DNA from: an uncultured virus (IMG/VR IMGVR_UViG_3300031111_000236)
Lineage: Duplodnaviria > Heunggongvirae > Uroviricota > Caudoviricetes
Length of the DNA: 64,000 nucleotides
Strand: one strand, 5' to 3'
Virus record (IMG/VR): IMGVR_UViG_3300031111_000236
The notes under the pieces were generated by a model, which was not told where the DNA came from, did not search any database, and saw only the letters and a list, made by a program, of their open reading frames with translations. The position numbers and the translations under genes were made by a program. Below, in pieces: positions 36,992-45,488 of this stretch (positions are counted from its first letter, which is position 1; the number at the start of each line of letters is the position of its first letter).

Positions 36992-38648
36992 ACAGGCCCT
37001 CAACCTGGGGGAGACACCGAGATACTTGGGCATAAGCCAAGAGCTTGCTGTCTCCCCCGAACGGGGTAAGGCCGTGCTTCGTGCTATGTTTGAACGGGAC
37101 CAAATCCCGTTCATTTCTCTTTTTGATTTCCCTAAACTTCTACCCACAGCGATGGGTGATTTCCAGCCAGCAAGCGTGACTGTAGACAAGATTTTTGGTG
37201 ACATCGATATCGACGATGGAGAGGGGTCTGGTAGTGGCTCAAGTGGTGACAAGAGCAAACCAGCGAGCGAAAAGGAGTTAGATGTCGTCAGGAACAGAAC
37301 AATCGATTACTGTGACAACGCAATTTCACACGGGTTCAACCCGCTTATATTATTCTCGGGGAGGAGAGGGTGGCACGTCTATAATCGCCTCCTGCCCAAG
37401 GAGTACGAGATGTTCCCTGCGGCGGAATATCAAAGAGCAACCGACCTCTTGTACTCGGCTCAAATTTACCTTGATAAGGATAGTATCACCGACCCCATAA
37501 CACATGGTATGCTCAGGGGTCTAACGAGAATACCTAATACCAAGTACGTTGGCAAGGACGGTAAAGGCGGTCTTGTGTCACTGAGAAGACACACCATACC
37601 TGTCACGTTCGAGGAGCTACAGACACTGGAGATTTCCGACATAATAAAGATGTCAGAAGACGGTGTTAGGAACCTACCTGCGCCTGACCAGGTGAAGTGG
37701 AGAACTCTTGACGAGTTCATCAATGAGTTCGATGTGGAGATAAAGACCAGCAGAGTAAGGGCTTACAGTGAGACGGGGACTCCCCCAATATTCCCGAATG
37801 ATACCGATGGGAAGATGCTTGTATCCCTACTATTACCTGACTACCCCTGCGTAGCCAATGCTGTAAAGTGCGCTAACCCCTCACATATCGCAAGAGCGAA
37901 CATGGTCATGCACCTCTTGAGTGGCGACATATTGTCTAAAGAGGACGTGCAGGAAATAATTCACGGTCTCAACTGGTCGGACTATAGACCCAAGACTACG
38001 AGAGACCAGGTGATTTCTATAGAGAAACGCATGGACCTTTATTACCCGCCTGGGTGTAGGAAGTTGAAGTCCCAAGGTTTCTGTCTCAAGTGGCACTGTG
38101 ACCATTATATACCACCGAGCGGCGTAGACATACAGTCGGAGAAGGAAGGGTTTGACGCAGAGGTGTTATTTCAGTTGACTGCACGTGCTAATGGGTTCAA
38201 GGTTAAATCGGCGGATGTAACTGAGAACATAACGGAGCATTGGGACTATGGTATCACTAATCCTGACACTGGTGTGTTCTCTAAGGTCGATGTTAAGGCC
38301 CCCAAACGCATCAAGAGGGACGGTGAGGTCCAAACAGATTACGTGTGGGTAGAGCTGAAGAACGTTGTAGGTGATGAAGGGTGGCTCTACGGTGTCTCTG
38401 ATGTTATTGCTTTTGTGCTGGAACAAGGCTTTGTAATGGTCCGCCGCAACAGGTTGGCAAGGTTTGTCGAGAGTGTTATTGACAGAACCAAGGAACCCAC
38501 TCTTCTTGACACAGTACCTGAGAGTCAGCGAGTACCGTATCATCTCTATCGTAGGGCCAGGCGTGAGGACATAATAACACTGGTCAAGGCAGAGGACATA
38601 CTATCTTTACCGCACACGACTTGGCCTATTTTGAACGCTCCCGTATAA
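36972..38648 (+). CDS. Fused PriS-PriL primase with a C-terminal PD-(D/E)XK-like domain
   Basis: DIDID, FSGRRGWHVY, RIPNT; PriL FeS YPCV..H..R..YPPGC..GFC..C; HWDY..DVKA..WVELKNV.G..GWLYG. Confidence 0.8.
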   Translation: MTKQSYEQALNLGETPRYLGISQELAVSPERGKAVLRAMFERDQIPFISLFDFPKLLPTAMGDFQPASVTVDKIFGDIDIDDGEGSGSGSSGDKSKPASEKELDVVRNRTIDYCDNAISHGFNPLILFSGRRGWHVYNRLLPKEYEMFPAAEYQRATDLLYSAQIYLDKDSITDPITHGMLRGLTRIPNTKYVGKDGKGGLVSLRRHTIPVTFEELQTLEISDIIKMSEDGVRNLPAPDQVKWRTLDEFINEFDVEIKTSRVRAYSETGTPPIFPNDTDGKMLVSLLLPDYPCVANAVKCANPSHIARANMVMHLLSGDILSKEDVQEIIHGLNWSDYRPKTTRDQVISIEKRMDLYYPPGCRKLKSQGFCLKWHCDHYIPPSGVDIQSEKEGFDAEVLFQLTARANGFKVKSADVTENITEHWDYGITNPDTGVFSKVDVKAPKRIKRDGEVQTDYVWVELKNVVGDEGWLYGVSDVIAFVLEQGFVMVRRNRLARFVESVIDRTKEPTLLDTVPESQRVPYHLYRRARREDIITLVKAEDILSLPHTTWPILNAPV

Positions 38649-38650
38649 GT

Positions 38651-38691
38651 ATTGTCTTCGAAACTGAGGGGTGTCTGGACTACTATATATA
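38651..38691 (+). promoter_or_regulatory. ATTGTCTTC box plus TATA promoter
   Basis: ATTGTCTTCGAAAC, with TATATATA 24 nt after the box; leader ends ttggtgataacaaaATGTCC exactly as at 2605-2624. Confidence 0.8.
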
Positions 38692-38725
38692 CTAACCTCA
38701 CCAATGTATCATTGGTGATAACAAA

Positions 38726-39541
38726 ATGTCCAGAAAATCTCTCACAACACGGGCCAAGTTCGCAAAGAAAGTCGAGGACGCTAAGACGGCCTCTGAGGAA
38801 ATCGCTGACACCGAGGCTATAGAGGCCAGAATCAAGGTCCTTGACCAGCAGATAAATGATGGCGGTACAGAGTATGACGAGATTCTGAAGGTTCTCAAGG
38901 ACCAGTTAAACAACCTCCAGAAGACCATCAACGATATCAATGCAAAGAAGGTCAGCAAGACCAAGGAACTCCGTGACATGAGGTCAGAACTCTACGATAA
39001 GAAGAGGAAGGCCAGCAATGTTGATACTCATAAGGAGTTCGCCGATAAGTGGGGTTCTTTCCTTGAGATGCTCGACACTGTTGAGAAGGCAGTCGAGAAT
39101 GGTGGTCGCATCGAGCTGGTCCACTTCATCAGGGGCGAGGATAACAACATGAGCAGGAGCATCATGTACAGCAGGGGTAAGTACGGTGGCAGGAGTCAGT
39201 GGGGCGACGAGTGGTACATAGGTGATATCACACTCAACCCAACCTTCTTCTCTATCCAGCTCTCTAAGGACTGGTACGACAGACATCTTAACGAGGAGAG
39301 CAAGAACAAGAGCGAGTCCTATATGAGCTACTCCAAACACGACAAGACGATGCTCCCCTACCTCTTGACCTTCATCGTCAAGAACGCTGACGAGACCTAT
39401 ACCAGGTTCACATGGACCGCTGGTTGGGACACGAAGAAGAAGACCTGGCAGGAGGACAACTACACCTACACCTGGGAGAAGGTCGAGGCCAAGGACTTTG
39501 AAGAGAAGGTTTACAGGGCCGATTTCAGCCCCGACTGGTGA
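38726..39541 (+). CDS. Coiled-coil hypothetical protein
   Basis: Heptad N-terminus; similar to the next gene. Confidence 0.8.
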   Translation: MSRKSLTTRAKFAKKVEDAKTASEEIADTEAIEARIKVLDQQINDGGTEYDEILKVLKDQLNNLQKTINDINAKKVSKTKELRDMRSELYDKKRKASNVDTHKEFADKWGSFLEMLDTVEKAVENGGRIELVHFIRGEDNNMSRSIMYSRGKYGGRSQWGDEWYIGDITLNPTFFSIQLSKDWYDRHLNEESKNKSESYMSYSKHDKTMLPYLLTFIVKNADETYTRFTWTAGWDTKKKTWQEDNYTYTWEKVEAKDFEEKVYRADFSPDW

Positions 39542-39571
39542 GCAGGGAAAGGGAATTGGGTAATCAGGAGC

Positions 39572-40591
39572 GTGTACAAAATGTCAGCCAAGATAAGGGA
39601 CCAGAAACGCAAGGAAGCCGAGAGTGATATAGAGGAGGCCGAAGAGTTCTATGTCGATGAACAATCTCTGAACTCCAAGGTGACCCTCATAGACCAGGAA
39701 ATAGGCTCAGTCCAGGACAAGCACAAACAGCGTCTTGAAGAGCTACAGGCACTCTTGGATGCTGAGAACGCCGCCATAGAGAAGGAAGTGTCGCACCTCC
39801 GCCAGATGCGAGTTGGTATCAAGAGACAGCTCTCTGAACAGTCCAAGAGAGACAAAAAAGGGTCAGAGGCCAGGTCGCAGATAGCGTATATCAACTTTCT
39901 CGATGCTGTACAAGCCCTTGTTGACGACGGGATGTTCATCTACTCCGTGAGAGCGACCAGGTATGTTGAGCGGATACGGGGCAAGACCAGAGCTAACAAG
40001 GAGGGGATAAAAGAGCACATCCGTGATACCTACAACGCTCAGGTCGGTGGAGACATATCAAGGACCTACACAGAGAACCTCGCAATGACCATCAGGCTTG
40101 CGAGAGGGTTCACCGTAGTGGTATCATCCAATATGAACAAGAACGACGTGAGCGTCCGCTTAAACGACTACAGCGGCAAAGTCCCGAGGGGGACGAAGAT
40201 AGTGCTCAGGTCGGGTATCAACATGGTGAAGAACGAAGGTGCAAGCTACGCTGAGATGCACTGCTCCAAGTGTGGTCACCATGTCGAGGCGGCCTACTAC
40301 TGCCCCAAGTGCCACGAGAGAGACATCGACAAGGAGTACTCGTGGGACGAGGTAGAGTTCAAGGAAACAGTTGACGGTAAGGAGATGGAGATATCTCACT
40401 GGACCGAATCTGGGTGGCACTACGAGTGCTCTTCCTGTGGGCACGTCAACGGTATCTACCAGGAGCCTCACTGCCCCCACAAGGACGTGCTCGTGCCCGA
40501 GGACGAGGATATTAAGCAGGTCACTCTAACCTGGGATGGTGACCTCCTGACATGGACTAAAACTGAAGAAACTATCAAGGCGGGGAAGTAA
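39572..40591 (+). CDS. Coiled-coil protein with inserted Zn ribbons
   Basis: CSKC, CPKC, CSSC, CPH; resembles the upstream gene. Confidence 0.75.
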   Translation: MYKMSAKIRDQKRKEAESDIEEAEEFYVDEQSLNSKVTLIDQEIGSVQDKHKQRLEELQALLDAENAAIEKEVSHLRQMRVGIKRQLSEQSKRDKKGSEARSQIAYINFLDAVQALVDDGMFIYSVRATRYVERIRGKTRANKEGIKEHIRDTYNAQVGGDISRTYTENLAMTIRLARGFTVVVSSNMNKNDVSVRLNDYSGKVPRGTKIVLRSGINMVKNEGASYAEMHCSKCGHHVEAAYYCPKCHERDIDKEYSWDEVEFKETVDGKEMEISHWTESGWHYECSSCGHVNGIYQEPHCPHKDVLVPEDEDIKQVTLTWDGDLLTWTKTEETIKAGK

Positions 40592-40665
40592 TGCCCCGCT
40601 ACCTTTTTCTTATATAAACCTTTTTGGTCACATTTATATGCCCCTTGCATGATGGTATACCACCT

Positions 40666-41352
40666 ATGAGTGATAAACCGCAAGGGTGGAAAGGTCAGTC
40701 CGAACGCCATGCCCTGGCCAGTCATGCAATACCAAACAAGCCTTCTTCTCGTACTAAGAGGTATGCGAGGAACGTCAAGTACAACGTCAAGAGGGGCCTT
40801 ATCAAGACCCTTCGTGACCCCGCTGGTTTTTTGTTCAGACCAGTGATGGAACTTGCTGACCTGCGTAATGCCAACAGTGAGGTCTTCAAGAGACTCGACA
40901 GAGAGCATGAGATTAAGACCAAGCTCAAGGGTATGAAGAGGCCGAAGATTGTTGCCAACGTGAACGAAAGTACCAAGCATCTGAAGAGGGCTGAAGGTGC
41001 GGCTCGTGGTGTAGACAATATGCTATCGAGGGCGCAGAAGTCCTATGATGCTGTCAAGTTGACTGACGGCCTGAACACCCTCTTGTACGAGCTTGAAATG
41101 GCCAAGAACAACATCGCTAAGGCGGCCAAGGCCACACCAGCCAACATGACGAAGCTCAAGACATCTCTTACTATGTTCAAGGACGACCTCGACCTCTTGA
41201 GGGACAAGACTGAGGACATCATAGGGGAGATGGACGTGGAATACGTTGGTGACAGGGTTGTAATCAGCCCAGAGGCAAGACAGAACATCAAGCGAGAGGT
41301 CAATAAGATAGCACGCTCAATAGGTGTCTTGGACGACATATACATGGATTAG
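40666..41352 (+). CDS. Leader-tagged helical/coiled-coil protein
   Basis: ATG 40666 downstream of TTTATAT: MSDKPQGWKGQSERHALASHAIPNK. Confidence 0.8.
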   Translation: MSDKPQGWKGQSERHALASHAIPNKPSSRTKRYARNVKYNVKRGLIKTLRDPAGFLFRPVMELADLRNANSEVFKRLDREHEIKTKLKGMKRPKIVANVNESTKHLKRAEGAARGVDNMLSRAQKSYDAVKLTDGLNTLLYELEMAKNNIAKAAKATPANMTKLKTSLTMFKDDLDLLRDKTEDIIGEMDVEYVGDRVVISPEARQNIKREVNKIARSIGVLDDIYMD

Positions 41353-41362
41353 GTGAACAGCA

Positions 41363-41734
41363 ATGGCAAGGGCTCCCATAGACTCCCTGTGTGGTATAGG
41401 AAAGGGTCGAGTATGCCTCGGTAAGGAAATCATACCCTGGTACGTCAAGCTATTGACGGCTATCATCTTGGACCTTGGTGATGCGGGGTACGCAATAGCG
41501 GGGTGGTTCTTGACACCAGGCGTATCCCCAGAGGGTGTCGTGATAGACTCCGTGCTGACAGCCATTGGCTTCTTGCTATTCGGTCCTCTCGGTCTCGTCC
41601 AGGGATGGGAGATATTCTCACCTACAGACGTTGGCGATAGCATAGATGGTGCTGTACCGACGCTCACTATCATGGGTATCATCTACACAATAAATCTCTT
41701 TGTGCAGAGGAAAAAGAACGGTGGTCTGGAGTGA
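41363..41734 (+). CDS. Membrane protein
   Basis: Hydrophobic segments; AGGTGA SD. Confidence 0.7.
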   Translation: MARAPIDSLCGIGKGRVCLGKEIIPWYVKLLTAIILDLGDAGYAIAGWFLTPGVSPEGVVIDSVLTAIGFLLFGPLGLVQGWEIFSPTDVGDSIDGAVPTLTIMGIIYTINLFVQRKKNGGLE

Positions 41735-42267
41735 TGTTTCATAGGCTCGTTGGAATACTGGCTTGCCTCCTGCTCATATTGTCTATCGTGCCCATTGCGA
41801 GCGGAGAGGTCACGGGCGAGATAGAGCTTGCCTGGGAAACAGAGCTTGACGGTAAGAGGTTTGACGATAGAGTCCCAATCAATATCTCTTTCACGTCACC
41901 TCGTGACGTGTCTCCTGATTGCTGTAACTGGCGATTCACAATAGCTTATTCTGACAACGGTGAGGATTGGGAAACTATAGAAGTTCTGGAGTACAAGAAT
42001 TGTGACAGTGGTGACGTATCGCCTTTTCCTTACTATTGGAATCTGTCTGACGTTGAACCTGGCCAATACTATCTCAAGATTGACGCTCGCTACGGTGACT
42101 ATTATGGTAGTATCGAGTCTGGCGAGTTTGCTGTGAAAAAGAAGTTCACGTCCCTCTCATCGTGGTGTTTTCTTCTGATGGTTATGGCATCACTTGTTGC
42201 TGTTTTGGCAACTTACGGGTACATCAGGCGTAAAGGTGGCTTCAGCGACCTATTGGAGAAGTTCTGA
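41731..42267 (+). CDS. Surface protein (signal peptide, Ig-like domain, C-terminal TM)
   Basis: Signal peptide; WNLSDVEPGQYYLKI; TM followed by RRK. Confidence 0.75.
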   Translation: MMFHRLVGILACLLLILSIVPIASGEVTGEIELAWETELDGKRFDDRVPINISFTSPRDVSPDCCNWRFTIAYSDNGEDWETIEVLEYKNCDSGDVSPFPYYWNLSDVEPGQYYLKIDARYGDYYGSIESGEFAVKKKFTSLSSWCFLLMVMASLVAVLATYGYIRRKGGFSDLLEKF

Positions 42268-42304
42268 CTCAATCTTTATATACTTCGCCATGCTACTTCG
42301 TGGT

Positions 42305-42997
42305 ATGCCTCTTACACTTGAACAAGTCAAGAGCAGGGTTGTTATTGAGGTTGACAACCGTGAGCGTCGCTCTGGTGTTCCAGCCGCTCTCGAAGACCGT
42401 GGCTGGTCGGTGATGTACGGTAACCTACCAGCCGCCGACTATGTTCTCGATATCATAGGTATTGAGCGCAAGACTGTACCAGATTTTGTACAGTCTGTAA
42501 CCAATGGTAGGTTCTTCTCTGAGGCCGCTAAGATGGTTGAGGCTGGCTTCTCTGTGCGTGTCATACTTGTCGAAGGGGACTACGAGGAGATAGTTGAAGC
42601 CTTCGGATACAATCAAGCCAATGGTACTGTGGCCTCGCTCCTGGAGCGCACTATGTGGGGCAACGTCATACCTGTCGGCAACCAGCACAACCTGATAGGT
42701 CTGATGGAGATGATATTCTGGAAGACCCATGACGGCAAGGACCGTACTGCTGAGGCTTTCCTTGCTCGCAAGGTATCCAAGTATGCGAGCGAGTACGAAG
42801 TCTGCAAGAACATACTTATGGGTATACCAAAGGTAGGCCCAGATGCCGCCATCGCCCTCTTGAAGCACTTCGGGACCATTGAGGCTATGACAAGAGCAAC
42901 AGAGAAGGAACTGAAGGCAGTCAAGGGTATTGGTCCAGTGCTGGCGGATACCATATACCTGCATCTACATTTTGATTACAACGAGTCCCCGATATAA
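42305..42997 (+). CDS. XPF/ERCC4 structure-specific nuclease
   Basis: VDNRE, ADY, ERKTVPDF, two HhH motifs (IPKVG, VKGIG). Confidence 0.9.
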   Translation: MPLTLEQVKSRVVIEVDNRERRSGVPAALEDRGWSVMYGNLPAADYVLDIIGIERKTVPDFVQSVTNGRFFSEAAKMVEAGFSVRVILVEGDYEEIVEAFGYNQANGTVASLLERTMWGNVIPVGNQHNLIGLMEMIFWKTHDGKDRTAEAFLARKVSKYASEYEVCKNILMGIPKVGPDAAIALLKHFGTIEAMTRATEKELKAVKGIGPVLADTIYLHLHFDYNESPI

Positions 42998-43055
42998 CGG
43001 AAAGTTTTTATATCTCGGGGTTATATTAACATTTGACCAAAGATACAGCGGTCAT

Positions 43056-43142
43056 ACCCTGGAGGGTCCCGCAACAAAATCGTGTTCCCATTCAAACCCC
43101 TCCATCTGTTAAGCACAAAATTGTGCGATACCCCTCCAGGGT
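43056..43142 (+). ncRNA. Candidate structured small RNA 1
   Basis: ACCCTGGAGGGT..CGCAACAA pairs with TTGTGCG..ACCCCTCCAGGGT; strand uncertain. Confidence 0.5.
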
Positions 43143-43206
43143 TCTCTTGTACTGTTATATAAGCCTTGCCAGGAAGGTATATATATTGTCCTCACATCAA
43201 ATAAGA

Positions 43207-43304
43207 GTGAGACCTCAATGGGTCGGCAACAATAGCCCCTCTTGAAGGTAAACGCCATCGTCGTACCCATTTCATACGACGAGCTGGTCCTTGGGGTCTC
43301 ACCA
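43207..43304 (+). ncRNA. Candidate structured small RNA 2
   Basis: TATATATA 43178-43185; ~20-bp terminal stem with G-U pairs on + strand; inner 8-bp hairpin TCGTCGTA/TACGACGA. Confidence 0.65.
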
Positions 43305-43363
43305 CTTCCTACCCCCTCAAACTTTTTATACTTCGTGGCCTCATCAATCCTTGGTGCTGATAA

Positions 43364-44356
43364 GTGGAAACTGTATGGACAGAGAAGTACCGACCTCGTA
43401 AGGTCGATGATGTGGTTGGGTGCGAGGCCCACAAGGTGAGAATAAAGAACTATATGAAGTCACCGAGGACCATGCAACAGTGTATGATATTCTCGGGTCC
43501 AGCAGGTACAGGCAAGACTACGATGGCCTATGCTATGGCACACGAGCTGTTCGGTGATAATCTGTCAGCGAACTTCTTAGAACTGAACGCTTCCGATGAG
43601 AGAGGTATTGACGTAGTGCGTGGTAAGATAAGGTCATTCGCTAAGACTGCGGCTATAAACTCACCCATCAAGATAGTTTTCCTCGACGAGGCCGACGCAC
43701 TGACTTCGGAGGCCCAGGCCGCACTTCGCAGGACTATGGAAAAGTACGCTCATAGGTGCAAGTTCATACTCTCATGCAACTATTCGAACAAATTGATGAA
43801 GCCCTTATGGTCGAGGTCTGCGAAGTTCCGCTTTATACCGCCATCACCAGGAGAGGTCATGGTCCTCGTCGAGCGTGTAGTGCTTGGTGAAAATCTTGAC
43901 ATTACTGACGATGCCAAGGTCTTGATAGCCAAGAGATGCGAGTTCGTACCCCGTGACACAGTGATATATCTGCAAGAGTGCTATGCACAGGCTGGTGACT
44001 CACAGATTACAGTGGAGATAGTCAGGACGGTACAGCCTAACTCACTGACGTGGAACACTGTCGTGGATGCTGTCAAGCTCGCTATCAAGGGGGACGTTGG
44101 TGTGGCCGCTAAGAATCTCGATAATATGGTGATGGCGGGGACCACGTACCCGCTCGTACTGGAGACTATGCTCAAGGCTGTTCAAAAGTCGGGCGACAAG
44201 TTCCTTAACATTAACAAGATAATCCAACACATGGCACTGGTAGATGCGAATATTCAGAACGGTGGAAGCCCACTGATTCAGATGGCCTCCCTCTTGGCCA
44301 CTATTCAGGCCGAGTACAACCCTGACCTGATGAACAAGTTGGGTAAGAAGGAGTGA
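43364..44356 (+). CDS. rfcS: Replication factor C small subunit
   Basis: [47 protein letters not shown]. Confidence 0.95.
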   Translation: METVWTEKYRPRKVDDVVGCEAHKVRIKNYMKSPRTMQQCMIFSGPAGTGKTTMAYAMAHELFGDNLSANFLELNASDERGIDVVRGKIRSFAKTAAINSPIKIVFLDEADALTSEAQAALRRTMEKYAHRCKFILSCNYSNKLMKPLWSRSAKFRFIPPSPGEVMVLVERVVLGENLDITDDAKVLIAKRCEFVPRDTVIYLQECYAQAGDSQITVEIVRTVQPNSLTWNTVVDAVKLAIKGDVGVAAKNLDNMVMAGTTYPLVLETMLKAVQKSGDKFLNINKIIQHMALVDANIQNGGSPLIQMASLLATIQAEYNPDLMNKLGKKE

Positions 44357-44360
44357 TATC

Positions 44361-45488
44361 ATGCTGGATGAGCTTGAAAGACAGATACTCCAAGAGGCGG
44401 GTGTAGTGACTCTTCAGACGCTGATAGATGAGTGGGACCCCAACATAAATAGGCTTTCTTTCTCAGCAATCATGAAGTTTAGAGACTGTCCTATTGATTA
44501 TTTCTGCGAGTACCATACGAGTCTCGCCAATGTTGCTAACCCATACCTCTTCATGGGGAACGCTCTGCACAAGGCTCTCGAAGAGTTCTATCCCAACATA
44601 GTTAATCCCCTCCCAAGAAGGTGGGGCGTGCTTGACGGGGACGGAAACGTCATTATGGAGGAAATCATAGACATATCGAACCTTACGTCAGAGGAGAGCA
44701 TCAGGAGCATAGGACGATACTATCATGCTGTTCTCACCCTCTTGGAGTCGAAGATTCACTTTGACAAGGTAATGAAGTTCAAGGGTACTCACGGGTTCCA
44801 GTACGATAATCAGATGAAGCGTATTGACGACCTCTATGACGAGGCTTTAATGAGCCTACGGAAGTTCGCCTACGAGGAGGCCATTAGGTACACTCAAACA
44901 CCCACGGGTCACTTTCTCCCATATGGAACAGAGATGAAAGTCGAGTTCCAATTCCCAGGAGTACCTGTTAAGACCAAGGGGTTTTTGGATGTGATGTTTA
45001 CCGATGCTTACTCTGGTGGTCATATTCCGAAGGACTACAAGAACAGGAGGGACCCCAAGGGTAAGCAAAGTGACAAGGTACAGGGTTACATCTACGCCTA
45101 TGGTCTGGACGTGTGCTTCGGTATTCTTGTGGATAGGTTCATATTTAAGAACATCAAGGCCAGCAATGCCTTCGGTGTGAATCAGGCTATCAAGGCCAGG
45201 TCATATCCCGTGTTCCCAGAACACACTGTCCCGATTGACCGTGACAAGTTCCATCTTATAGAGAGTATCGTCAAGGAGACGTACTTCGCTATGACTGACA
45301 AGAAGAGCTACGTGGTCCACAAGGATAAGGACAGGTGTCCGAACTCTTGGTTTTGCCCGTACAAGGCTTACTGCCTCGGGGTGGGTATGTTTGACAGGAG
45401 AGGTGTGCACCTCACAAGTGAGCGTAGTCATAGAGAAGAGGAGCCTGTCAACATAGACGGGCTTATCTTCACGGAGGGGACTGCGTGA
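44361..45488 (+). CDS. PD-(D/E)XK nuclease, Cas4/AddB-like
   Basis: LSFS..CP, GNALHKALE, GFLD, DYK, QGYIY, C..WFCPY..YC. Confidence 0.8.
   Translation: MLDELERQILQEAGVVTLQTLIDEWDPNINRLSFSAIMKFRDCPIDYFCEYHTSLANVANPYLFMGNALHKALEEFYPNIVNPLPRRWGVLDGDGNVIMEEIIDISNLTSEESIRSIGRYYHAVLTLLESKIHFDKVMKFKGTHGFQYDNQMKRIDDLYDEALMSLRKFAYEEAIRYTQTPTGHFLPYGTEMKVEFQFPGVPVKTKGFLDVMFTDAYSGGHIPKDYKNRRDPKGKQSDKVQGYIYAYGLDVCFGILVDRFIFKNIKASNAFGVNQAIKARSYPVFPEHTVPIDRDKFHLIESIVKETYFAMTDKKSYVVHKDKDRCPNSWFCPYKAYCLGVGMFDRRGVHLTSERSHREEEPVNIDGLIFTEGTA

Noticed and set aside
43207..43304. tRNA, because the stem ends in ACCA
   Set aside because: No cloverleaf, T-loop or D-loop, and the CCA overlaps the paired stem; kept as an unknown ncRNA
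44361..45488. CRISPR-Cas locus suggested by the Cas4-like gene
   Set aside because: No repeat-spacer array or other cas genes seen; standalone nucleases of this type are common in viral replication modules
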